DNA from: Candidatus Woesearchaeota archaeon
Lineage (GTDB): Archaea; Nanobdellota; Nanobdellia; Woesearchaeales; GW2011-AR9
NCBI GenBank assembly: GCA_041665465.1
Contig: JBAYIU010000001.1
Coordinates: 1,213,873 to 1,277,872 of the forward strand
Direction: 5' to 3'
DNA: 64,000 bases
Below the pieces are notes generated by a model. It had not been told where the DNA came from. It saw only the letters and a program-made list of their open reading frames with translations, and ran no database searches. The position numbers and the translations under genes were made by a program. This document shows positions 17,617 to 25,259 of this stretch, one piece after another. Position 1 is the stretch's first letter; every line of letters begins with the position of its first letter.

Positions 17617-18864
17617 ATGGACAATTTTCTATTTTTCCCTGCTAGTTCTATAATTCAAACAGACAAAGAGAAATTTAGGTTAGTTAACATTTATGGTGGA
17701 GTCTTTAACCTTCAATTTCCACATATTGCAGTATACCTTTCTCAACCAGAAGAAATTGATAACCCTGAAAATTTAGAACATTTGGGAATCTCGCCAAAAG
17801 ATTATCAATTTGTCTTAAGAGATTTATTGGATCATAAAGTGGTCTATCCTTCAAGAATAAAAATGGATCTGCCCTTTGATAAGAGTCAAGTTCTATCGCA
17901 AATCTTAAATTTCCCATTTACACAATCAAGAACCTTAAATATTGGGGATGTAACTCTTGAGCTTACCCAAAGTTGCCCGTATTCTTGTGAAGGTTGTTTT
18001 AGGGAGATTAATGAAGATCAATTAACTAATTCCGCTAGGCTAGAAGGATTGGTAGATGAATTATCTCTGATGGGTTTATCAAAAATTTCGTTAAGTGGTG
18101 GCGAGATTACCTCTTCCGAGAGATCATTTGATAGATTTAAACAACTGGCCAAATATATTCGACAACATCCTCAAATAAAGATAAGATTACTTACTACTGG
18201 ATTCAATCCAGAAAGAGTTAATGAAGCATTAGATTATATTGATGAAATACAAATTTCTGTTGATGGTTTGGAAGCCGCACATGACTCTTATAAACGAGTA
18301 GGTGGAGCATTTAGGAAAGCTATAGACTCTATTGAATCTTGTCAAGAAAGCAAAGTGACGTTAACAACAAATACTGTTGTTAGCCAAAGGAATATCGGAG
18401 AAGTTTCTTCTCTGATAGATTATTTGTCTCGGTTTAAGATTGACACTTTACGTATAACTAAGATATTATCTGATAAAGAACATCTCAGGTTGGGAGTTAA
18501 AGAAGCTCAAGATTTATACGGTGTGGTTCAGAGAAAACAGAAAGAACATCCTAACCTTAGAATTATTAATGCTTATGGAAATTGTACAGATGTTTTGAAT
18601 TGTGTTGGGGGAATGGTTTATGCGCATATTGGGGCAACAGGTAATGTCTTTCCTTGCGATTATGATATTCATAATTCTGGTGGGAACATAAATAACTCTC
18701 CTTTTCAAGATATTTGGACCAATTCTGAAGTATTCCACGCTTATAGAAATGTAACTGGAATACAAGATGGTTGCATAGACTGTCAATCAAGAGTTTTTTG
18801 TTTTGGAAATTGTCGGATAGATCAACAATATGTTGAAATAACTAAGATGTGTGAGAACAAATGA
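17617..18864 (+). CDS. radical SAM / SPASM-domain peptide-modifying enzyme
   Basis: CPYSCEGC (Cx3Cx2C), SLSGGE, C-terminal CIDCQSRVFCFGNC (Cx2Cx5Cx3C SPASM signature); about 100-aa N-terminal extension that could be an RRE. Confidence 0.85.
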   Translation: MDNFLFFPASSIIQTDKEKFRLVNIYGGVFNLQFPHIAVYLSQPEEIDNPENLEHLGISPKDYQFVLRDLLDHKVVYPSRIKMDLPFDKSQVLSQILNFPFTQSRTLNIGDVTLELTQSCPYSCEGCFREINEDQLTNSARLEGLVDELSLMGLSKISLSGGEITSSERSFDRFKQLAKYIRQHPQIKIRLLTTGFNPERVNEALDYIDEIQISVDGLEAAHDSYKRVGGAFRKAIDSIESCQESKVTLTTNTVVSQRNIGEVSSLIDYLSRFKIDTLRITKILSDKEHLRLGVKEAQDLYGVVQRKQKEHPNLRIINAYGNCTDVLNCVGGMVYAHIGATGNVFPCDYDIHNSGGNINNSPFQDIWTNSEVFHAYRNVTGIQDGCIDCQSRVFCFGNCRIDQQYVEITKMCENK

Positions 18865-19385
18865 TAACCACTGAATTGATTTGTTCAAGAACTTATTCTC
18901 AGACCTTGAATACACAACTTAATGATTCAGATTGGGGTAGAATTGTTGATGCAGGAAAAAGATTGGATGCCCCTTATCAACAGAACATGCCTTATTTTTT
19001 AGAGAGAATCCCCATTTATACTGGATTTAATTGGGACAATGGTCTTTCCATCCCCATTTATCTTGCTGATTTTGATGGACCTTCTAGAACAAACCCAGTT
19101 ACTATCAAAATTGGAGCTGTTGAAGATATGCTTGTAAAGATAATTCATGAATTAATTCATCTTAATTTCCCAAACTCTATCTTTAATCTAAATGATAATG
19201 TCTATGAGGATGTTGTTAATCAAGTTACATTAAGAATTGCAGAAGACCAAGATATTAAGGGAGTTATATCTTTAGAACAAATGTTGTCTTATAGAACTTC
19301 TCTCTTGGGTAAAGAAATAGAACTTCCAGTTATTGATCTAGATAAAGTAAATGTCAGGGACTATTTCTTAAAACGTGTTTTGTAA
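18861..19385 (+). CDS. putative HExxH zinc metallopeptidase
   Basis: IIHELIHLNF motif; start overlaps rSAM stop by 4 nt (ATGA). Confidence 0.5.
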   Translation: MITTELICSRTYSQTLNTQLNDSDWGRIVDAGKRLDAPYQQNMPYFLERIPIYTGFNWDNGLSIPIYLADFDGPSRTNPVTIKIGAVEDMLVKIIHELIHLNFPNSIFNLNDNVYEDVVNQVTLRIAEDQDIKGVISLEQMLSYRTSLLGKEIELPVIDLDKVNVRDYFLKRVL

Positions 19386-19413
19386 TGATCTCTAAATATG
19401 TCCAAAATATATA

Positions 19414-19426
19414 TCTCCCCGCGTGA
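19414..19426. repeat. degenerate tRNA-Gln 3'-end-like remnant
   Basis: tctccccgcgtga matches tagccccgcgcgg at 9 of 13 positions; lies within hairpin ctccc..gggag. Confidence 0.25.
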
Positions 19427-19501
19427 GGGAGCTCAAATGATGGGATTTAGGACATTATATAAGTGATTAGGGTTTTCTCTCAGATATGGATCTGTTCTGT
19501 T

Positions 19502-19903
19502 ATGAATTCTAAGGCTGAAGGCTTGGCTGTTCGTGCAAGAGAATCATTAAGCAGTTATTGTTATAACGAATGTCTCGCATACTGTTGCAGAAAAGGCTAC
19601 CTATTATTATCTGAACCAGAAGTAAGTCTTCTTCAGATGGATATAAAGGATTTGGTAATAATGCCTATAGATAGAACTTACATATTTAACTTAAGCAAAG
19701 GTTGTCCGAACCTTAAAGAATATAAATGTTTAATACATCAGAATCCACAAAGACCAAAAGCGTGCAAAGAATTTCCGTTATTTATTTTTGGAAAAACTGT
19801 TGTGGTTACAGAAGACTGTCCGGCAGTAAAACAAAACAAATTATATCCTTTTTTAGCTGAATTCAAGTCAATGGGATATAAGTTAGTTTATAGTACTAGG
19901 TAG
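19502..19903 (+). CDS. YkgJ/UPF0153-like Cys-rich (CxxCxxCC) putative Zn/Fe-chelating protein
   Basis: CYNECLAYCC and CPNLKEYKCLIHQNPQRPKACKEFP; ATG 19502 preferred over GTG 19463. Confidence 0.55.
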   Translation: MNSKAEGLAVRARESLSSYCYNECLAYCCRKGYLLLSEPEVSLLQMDIKDLVIMPIDRTYIFNLSKGCPNLKEYKCLIHQNPQRPKACKEFPLFIFGKTVVVTEDCPAVKQNKLYPFLAEFKSMGYKLVYSTR

Positions 19904-19915
19904 GAATTAACAACC

Positions 19916-20134
19916 TCATGACAACCATGTACCAATTACTACAATTAATAATACTACAGCAATAAATAATTTTGTTGCGATTATGCTACAAAATGTAATT
20001 GGATATTTCTTTAAAGGAATAAGCATGCGAACCCCACCAAATGTGCGTGCTTCACGTTTTCTTATATCTACTATCGATGAAATAATAGCTAAAATTCCAG
20101 CACACAAGTAAAATATTTCTAATGTTAAGCTCAT
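19916..20134 (-). CDS. small membrane protein
   Basis: 72 aa, two hydrophobic helices. Confidence 0.4.
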   Translation of the reverse strand: MSLTLEIFYLCAGILAIISSIVDIRKREARTFGGVRMLIPLKKYPITFCSIIATKLFIAVVLLIVVIGTWLS

Positions 20135-20199
20135 CGTAAGTTTATAATAGGGTTTTTCTTCTTAAATTTTTCCGTGGTTATTAAGAGTAGGAATATACA

Positions 20200-20212
20200 T
20201 AGCTCCCGCGCG
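20200..20212. repeat. tRNA-Gln(CUG) 3'-end fragment (att-like)
   Basis: tagcTcccgcgcg equals tagccccgcgcg with one inserted T. Confidence 0.5.
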
Positions 20213-20254
20213 TCTATCTGGCTAAGGAGCTCGAGTGAATGACACTATCTCTCC

Positions 20255-20294
20255 TTGTCCACTTTTGGTTAACAAATACCTATTTTGTGGACAA
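20255..20294. promoter_or_regulatory. inverted repeat TTGTCCAC-N24-GTGGACAA just 3' of the Fic gene
   Basis: Exact 8-bp arms; same arms recur at the Fic promoter (21226-21255). Confidence 0.5.
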
Positions 20295-20296
20295 CA

Positions 20297-21223
20297 CTAA
20301 AGCTTGAATTGTTCGATAACCACTTCAAACATCTTCTCACAATATCCTTTGTAATCTTTACGATTATGTGTATCGATAGCTTCGTAATATTTGGGTCTTA
20401 ATCTAACCGGAACAAATAATTTTGGATATTTGGCTTGTAATAAGACCCAATTCATTAAAGTTCTTCCAGTTCTTCCGTTTCCATCCTCGAATGGGTGAAT
20501 TTCTACAAATTGAGCATGAATCAAACAAGCCAGAACAAAAGGATGAATCTTTCTCTTGTTATCATAATAGAATTCGATCATTTTCTTCAATAGTGGCTTT
20601 ACTTCTTCAGGTTCGGGCGGAACATGTTCAGCACCTTCTATCTTTACGGGAAAGAATCTTACTCTACCTGGATAAACAACTCCGGTATTTTTAGTGAGAA
20701 TTCCATTAATTTCCTCTATACATTCAATAGTTAATTTTCCTTTATATTTCTTGATGAAATCAAAGGCATCTCTTCCGTTAATGGCTTCATTATAATCTTT
20801 TGGGGGAGCTCCAGAAGGTATTTGTTTTTCTTTAATAATTAAGTAAGTGTCTCTTAAGGTTAATCTATTTCCCTCGATTGCATTAGAGTTATAAGTGAAG
20901 CGAATAATAAACTCAGACTCTTCTTTTTCAGCAACGGTTTTAGGGATTTTATTCAGATGGTTATTATAAACTTCTTTGAAATCATCAATTATTTCTAATT
21001 TATCTGCATCCAAATAATCTTTATTGTAAATTTTATATTCTTCTAATTTTAGTTCTTTTAACTTCTTGCCGATTTCTTCTCTAGTTGGTTCTTTTTCTCC
21101 TAGTTTGATGCGGATTTTTTTCCATTCACTTTCTCCGGTTCTAACTGTCTTTCCTAAATAATAGAATGTCTTCTTACCTGATTTGATACGATCTACGTAT
21201 ACCATATAAGTTATATTGTCCAC
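20297..21223 (-). CDS. fic: Fic-domain protein (AMPylase/Doc-like toxin family)
   Basis: Canonical HPFEDGNGRTGR (HxFx[D/E]GNGRxxR) motif; 308 aa. Confidence 0.9.
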   Translation of the reverse strand: MDNITYMVYVDRIKSGKKTFYYLGKTVRTGESEWKKIRIKLGEKEPTREEIGKKLKELKLEEYKIYNKDYLDADKLEIIDDFKEVYNNHLNKIPKTVAEKEESEFIIRFTYNSNAIEGNRLTLRDTYLIIKEKQIPSGAPPKDYNEAINGRDAFDFIKKYKGKLTIECIEEINGILTKNTGVVYPGRVRFFPVKIEGAEHVPPEPEEVKPLLKKMIEFYYDNKRKIHPFVLACLIHAQFVEIHPFEDGNGRTGRTLMNWVLLQAKYPKLFVPVRLRPKYYEAIDTHNRKDYKGYCEKMFEVVIEQFKL

Positions 21224-21225
21224 AT

Positions 21226-21255
21226 TATATATAAATCTTTCTGATTTGTGGACAA
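21226..21255. promoter_or_regulatory. operator-like inverted repeat TTGTCCACA-N12-TGTGGACAA spanning the Fic TATA box
   Basis: Arms flank ttatatataaat immediately upstream of Fic start (21223). Confidence 0.5.
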
Positions 21256-21321
21256 TATTATTATCACTGCGTAACTTAGAACATTTCGTTTGGTGTAGTG
21301 ATAACTTTTAGTAAAGAATAT

Positions 21322-21335
21322 TAGCCCCGCGCGGA
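21322..21335. repeat. tRNA-Gln(CUG) 3'-end fragment (att-like), 14/14 identical
   Basis: tagccccgcgcgga identical to 24887-24900. Confidence 0.7.
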
Positions 21336-21343
21336 GACGTGAC

Positions 21344-21862
21344 TTATAAACGGAACTCGGAGGACGCAATACTTCTATTCTTCCAATCGTAAACTCTTTT
21401 TTCTAATTCTAATTGTGGGGACTTTGCAAATTGTGACAGATCTTCAGAAGTTTTATCTTGAATTTTCATTCCCGTCCTTTTGATAATTTCTCTTGCTGTT
21501 TCAAGGGCGCTTTTATATGCTACTTCATCCGCTTTTCTTAAACCAAAACAAGATCCAACTATCTCATCAGTGTTATAATCAGAATCATATCTAACTTTCA
21601 CCTTATATCCTATCAAAGCAGGATTAATGAAAAACATCATTGGTGCAGTCATTGTTGCACCACCGCCAATTGCAGAGCGGGTTCCAGCTTCTCTAGTTTC
21701 AACAATTGGGTCTCTTTCTTCTTTGCTGGTTAGATATAGTCCGTACTTAGGAGAAGAAAAGGCGTCTCTTCCAATTAATTCATTTCCTGAAGAGATCATT
21801 CTAACTTGAACGGTGTCCACGCCATTTTTCTCATTGTGTTTTATCCAATCTTCAATGTTCAT
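21344..21862 (-). CDS. hypothetical protein (172 aa)
   Basis: ORF only. Confidence 0.5.
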   Translation of the reverse strand: MNIEDWIKHNEKNGVDTVQVRMISSGNELIGRDAFSSPKYGLYLTSKEERDPIVETREAGTRSAIGGGATMTAPMMFFINPALIGYKVKVRYDSDYNTDEIVGSCFGLRKADEVAYKSALETAREIIKRTGMKIQDKTSEDLSQFAKSPQLELEKRVYDWKNRSIASSEFRL

Positions 21863-21920
21863 AATTGGAATATTTTAACCTATACATTTAAATATAACTC
21901 CTACCAATTGGTAGGATATA

Positions 21921-22649
21921 ATGGATACAACTGTTTTTGAGGAACTTGGCCTAACTAGAACTGAAATAAAGATATATTTGACTTTACTAAAATTAGGTGC
22001 TTCTAGCGCAGGAATTATATTAGATAAATCTCAACTACCTAGTTCTACTGTTCATAGGGACTTAAATTCTTTAATTGCAAAAGGATTGATTAATTTCATA
22101 TTAGCTGGTAAAAGAAAGGTTTATCGAGCAACTGAACCAGAGCATTTGTTTGATTTTGTTGAAGATAAGAAAAGAAAACTTCAAGAAATACTGCCTGAAC
22201 TAAAAGAAACACAAAGGGGAACAACAAATGAAGAATCTGCTTCTGTCTATAAGGGAGTAAGGGGTATCAAAGAAGTATACAATATTATGATAAATGCTAA
22301 AGGAAAAGAATACAATACCTTTGGTGGAGGACCAATAACTTCTAAGATCATGGGTTTTACTTGGTGGCTTAATTTACATAAAAGAAGGGTCGCAAATAAA
22401 CTTCAATCAAGACAAGTTTTTGATGATTCAGTTAGAGTTGGGGGTATGAAGATTGCAGAAAACTTCTTAACAAAGATAAGATATTTGAATAAGGAATTTG
22501 CGCAATTTCAAGAGACTGTAATAGTTGGAGATCTTGTTACAATAGCAGTGTTTTCTGAAAATCCATATGCTCTTCTGATAAAAGATAAAAATGTTGCGGA
22601 TAGTTATAGGAAGTACTTTGGAATATTATGGAAGCAGGCTAAAGAATAA
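21921..22649 (+). CDS. TrmB-family transcriptional regulator
   Basis: N-terminal wHTH LGLTRTEIKIYLTLLKLGASSAGIILDKS..; paralog of 60008-60721. Confidence 0.8.
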   Translation: MDTTVFEELGLTRTEIKIYLTLLKLGASSAGIILDKSQLPSSTVHRDLNSLIAKGLINFILAGKRKVYRATEPEHLFDFVEDKKRKLQEILPELKETQRGTTNEESASVYKGVRGIKEVYNIMINAKGKEYNTFGGGPITSKIMGFTWWLNLHKRRVANKLQSRQVFDDSVRVGGMKIAENFLTKIRYLNKEFAQFQETVIVGDLVTIAVFSENPYALLIKDKNVADSYRKYFGILWKQAKE

Positions 22650-22664
22650 GTATTCTGTATGTCA

Positions 22665-22683
22665 TAGCCCCGCCGGAACTTCT
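22665..22683. repeat. 19-bp direct repeat, left copy (tRNA-3'-end-like)
   Basis: tagccccgccggaacttct; 18/19 identical to 24716-24734. Confidence 0.65.
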
Positions 22684-22773
22684 GCCTTCGGTGTTCTTTT
22701 GGCAGAAAAAGTGATAAAAGAAGTGCCGCCGTGAGCTCATTTAGATAGCCCACGAAGCGAGCACGATGACCAT

Positions 22774-22785
22774 TAGCCCCGCGCG
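22774..22785. repeat. tRNA-Gln(CUG) 3'-end fragment (att-like), 12/12
   Basis: tagccccgcgcg identical to 24887-24898. Confidence 0.6.
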
Positions 22786-22901
22786 AATCAGACACAGACA
22801 CTGCATCAGAAAGGATCCATTCCTAATATATTCTCTAGTTCCACAATCTATTTAAACAGTTGTTTCAAACAAAGTATAAATTAACCAGGGGTGGTAAATT
22901 T

Positions 22902-23504
22902 ATGGAAAAAGAAACATATGATAAAATTGTTGAAAAGATGCCAGAGATTGCAAAAATAGTCTCATCTTTTCCGGAAAAGGTTCAGGATAAAGCCTTCGAT
23001 TTGCTGATTTCTAATCTTATTGGAGAGGGTATAACTAAAGGAGTAAGTCCGAAAACAACTGATGTTCCTAAGGCAATTCAGAATTATGCAATGTCTTCAT
23101 TGGCTGGGATAGCTATGAAAACAAGTGATGGAAATTTTCATCTCTCAATAAGAGACCTTAAAGCAACTTCTGCAAGTGATGCTGCTAAACGTTTAACTTA
23201 CGTAATAATAAGAGCCTATAACAAAATAATGGGTGAGGCTGCTGTTTCTAGAAAGGAAACAATAAACCCCCACATAGAATCTTGGAGGCTAAATTCTGGT
23301 AATACTAGAAATTTTTTAGCTAATGATCCGGGAATTATTAGAAACGGAGATAAATATTCACTAGATATTCACGCCGAGGCAGAAGCAGATGAATTCATAA
23401 AAGAAATTCAAGATTCAAATGTCTCCGGAAATTGGAAGCCTAATAGTAGAATTCCAAAAAAGAAGAACTCAAATATAGAGGAAAAAAATGAATCAACCGT
23501 TTAA
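22902..23504 (+). CDS. hypothetical protein, first gene of three-gene module
   Basis: ATG 22902 preceded by ggggtgg SD-like and TATA-like ctatttaaac; overlaps the next gene by 17 nt. Confidence 0.55.
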   Translation: MEKETYDKIVEKMPEIAKIVSSFPEKVQDKAFDLLISNLIGEGITKGVSPKTTDVPKAIQNYAMSSLAGIAMKTSDGNFHLSIRDLKATSASDAAKRLTYVIIRAYNKIMGEAAVSRKETINPHIESWRLNSGNTRNFLANDPGIIRNGDKYSLDIHAEAEADEFIKEIQDSNVSGNWKPNSRIPKKKNSNIEEKNESTV

Positions 23505-24264
23505 TTTTTCCTCTGTCTTTGCGAACTTACCTGAAGAATTAAGATTTAACTTAGAGGAAAGATACGGAGAAATTATTCGTAACTTCCGAGAAAATAGATT
23601 TGAACCTTCAGAACTAAATGGGGCTAAATTTGCTGAAGCTGTTTTTAGAACATTAGAATGGTATACTTCCTCAACTAAAGTATACACTCCTTTTGGTACT
23701 TCTATTCGGGATTTTGAGCAGGCATCAAGAAAGTTTGAAAGCATGTCCAGTTTTCCAGATTCAATGCGTTTTCATATCCCCAAATTGCTTGCTTCTATTT
23801 ATTCTCTGAGGAATAAAAGAGGTGTAGGCCATATTGGAGGAGATATAAATCCAAATCATATGGATGCTTCATTAGTTGTTTCAATAAGCAAATGGATTTT
23901 AGCTGAGTTAGTGAGGATATTTTATGCAGTAAACTTACAAGAAGCAAACACAATTGTAGAACACTTAGTTGCAAAAGAATTCCCCATCGTTTGGGATGTT
24001 TTGAATAGAAAAAGAATACTTGATACTTCCCTAGATTTTAATAAGAAAGTATTAGTGCTTCTACATTCTTGTTATCCAAATCCTGTAAATGAAAAAAATC
24101 TTTTGTATTGGGTTGAATATTCTAATCCATCTTTCTTCAGAACAAAAATCTTAATCCCGCTTCATGAAGAAAAGATGATCGAATATGATAATAATTCAAA
24201 ATACATTTTAATTTCTCCAAAGGGAATTAAATTTGTAGAAGAAAAAGTGCCTTTAAAATTTTAA
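23488..24264 (+). CDS. hypothetical protein with Rx6H (HEPN-like) motif
   Basis: LRNKRGVGHIGGD at nt 23809-23832; helical composition; HEPN assignment tentative. Confidence 0.5.
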   Translation: MNQPFNFSSVFANLPEELRFNLEERYGEIIRNFRENRFEPSELNGAKFAEAVFRTLEWYTSSTKVYTPFGTSIRDFEQASRKFESMSSFPDSMRFHIPKLLASIYSLRNKRGVGHIGGDINPNHMDASLVVSISKWILAELVRIFYAVNLQEANTIVEHLVAKEFPIVWDVLNRKRILDTSLDFNKKVLVLLHSCYPNPVNEKNLLYWVEYSNPSFFRTKILIPLHEEKMIEYDNNSKYILISPKGIKFVEEKVPLKF

Positions 24265-24278
24265 CTTGGGTGAATAAA

Positions 24279-24692
24279 ATGAATAAAGAATTAGAAGATC
24301 TTGAGAAACAATTTATACTAGATGGTGATATGGAAAATGAGGATTTAAAAACCCTCATTGAGAAATTACTCTTTTTTTGTAAGATTGACAAAAACGGATA
24401 TGTTATTGTTGATAACGGATCTACTAAAAAATTAACGACTCCCAATGGGATTCTTTTGGTTTTGTCTGCGCGATATCTGGCAAGTAAGTTGCAACAAAAA
24501 TTGGGAAAAGAATCTTCTATAAAAGAAGAAGTGGAAACGCAAGAAATTGCCCAAATGTTGAAAGAAAAGCCCGCAATAGTTACCGCAAGATTGAAAGATC
24601 TAAAGGACCAAAAATTAGTGGTTCCAGTTGAAAGAGGTACGTTTAAAATAGCATCATACGCTATAGCTGACTTATTAAACAAATTAAGATAA
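24279..24692 (+). CDS. hypothetical protein with C-terminal wHTH-like region
   Basis: EIAQMLKEKPAIVTARLKDLKDQKLVVPVERGTFKI; central region weakly resembles the first gene of the module. Confidence 0.5.
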   Translation: MNKELEDLEKQFILDGDMENEDLKTLIEKLLFFCKIDKNGYVIVDNGSTKKLTTPNGILLVLSARYLASKLQQKLGKESSIKEEVETQEIAQMLKEKPAIVTARLKDLKDQKLVVPVERGTFKIASYAIADLLNKLR

Positions 24693-24715
24693 TTTTTTCT
24701 CTTAATTTTTTACAT

Positions 24716-24734
24716 TAGCCCTGCCGGAACTTCT
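24716..24734. repeat. 19-bp direct repeat, right copy
   Basis: tagccctgccggaacttct. Confidence 0.65.
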
Positions 24735-24886
24735 CTAATACGTCAGGGTTATTACCTCCTAGCCAAAATCCCACAGAATTTTTGTATTACATTCTCACTG
24801 TGCATCTATCACGTGAAACTGGGACTAAATGAGCAAGAAAAATGGCATCCAGAAAAATCGACCCTGCAAGATGCAAAAAAGGTAAG

Positions 24887-24990
24887 TAGCCCCGCGCGGA
24901 TTCGAATTCCGTCATGTCAAAATCATTTTTGAACATCCCGCGGTCGCAAGGTTCAGAGCCTTGAATGCTAGTCCACTACAATACGGGGCT
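24887..24990 (-). tRNA. tRNA-Gln(CUG) with about 31-nt intron in the T-arm
   Basis: Acceptor AGCCCCG/CGGGGCT + A73; anticodon stem CAAGG/CCTTG, loop CTCTGAA; T-arm CGCGG-[intron]-TTCGAAT-CCGCG only after removing GATGTTC..ACGGAA. Confidence 0.8.
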
Positions 24991-25015
24991 GTTAAACTGA
25001 TAATTCAGCCCCTAC

Positions 25016-25025
25016 TTTATAAAAA
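25016..25025 (-). promoter_or_regulatory. TATA box for tRNA-Gln(CUG)
   Basis: tttttataaa on minus strand 26-35 nt upstream of the tRNA 5' end. Confidence 0.5.
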
Positions 25026-25109
25026 TTTCTCTCAACATTAATATACCTACTCTCCAGTAGTTAAAAACCAAAAGATTTAAAAAGAACTGCCCTATTTTAT
25101 ACATAAACC

Positions 25110-25259
25110 ATGTATAGAAAACAATATACTCTTCTGAAACGGATTGCCAAACATGGCAGCCAATCTATTATAGTCATACCTAAAATAATTGAGAAAGAGC
25201 TTCGTCCCGGAACTATTGTAAAGATTACCGTAGATGTGCTACAAGAGGTGAATCAATGA
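25110..25259 (+). CDS. AbrB/SpoVT-like (swapped-hairpin) small DNA-binding protein, 49 aa
   Basis: IAKHGSQSIIVIPKIIEKELRPGTIVKITVDV resembles the AbrB/MazE fold pattern; stop overlaps kinase ATG (ATGA); not in ORF track. Confidence 0.55.
   Translation: MYRKQYTLLKRIAKHGSQSIIVIPKIIEKELRPGTIVKITVDVLQEVNQ

Noticed and set aside
22604-22801. 65-aa minus-strand ORF in the track
   Set aside because: It spans the 19-bp direct repeat, a hairpin and a tRNA-fragment copy, and overlaps the TrmB 3' end. It is most likely a chance ORF across att-like remnants.
17216-24990. An integrase (tyrosine or serine recombinase) or split SSV-type integrase halves within the tRNA-linked island
   Set aside because: I scanned all ORFs of 60 aa or more for R..H.xR..Y-type or serine-recombinase motifs by eye and found none convincing. 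Absence cannot be proven without profile searches.
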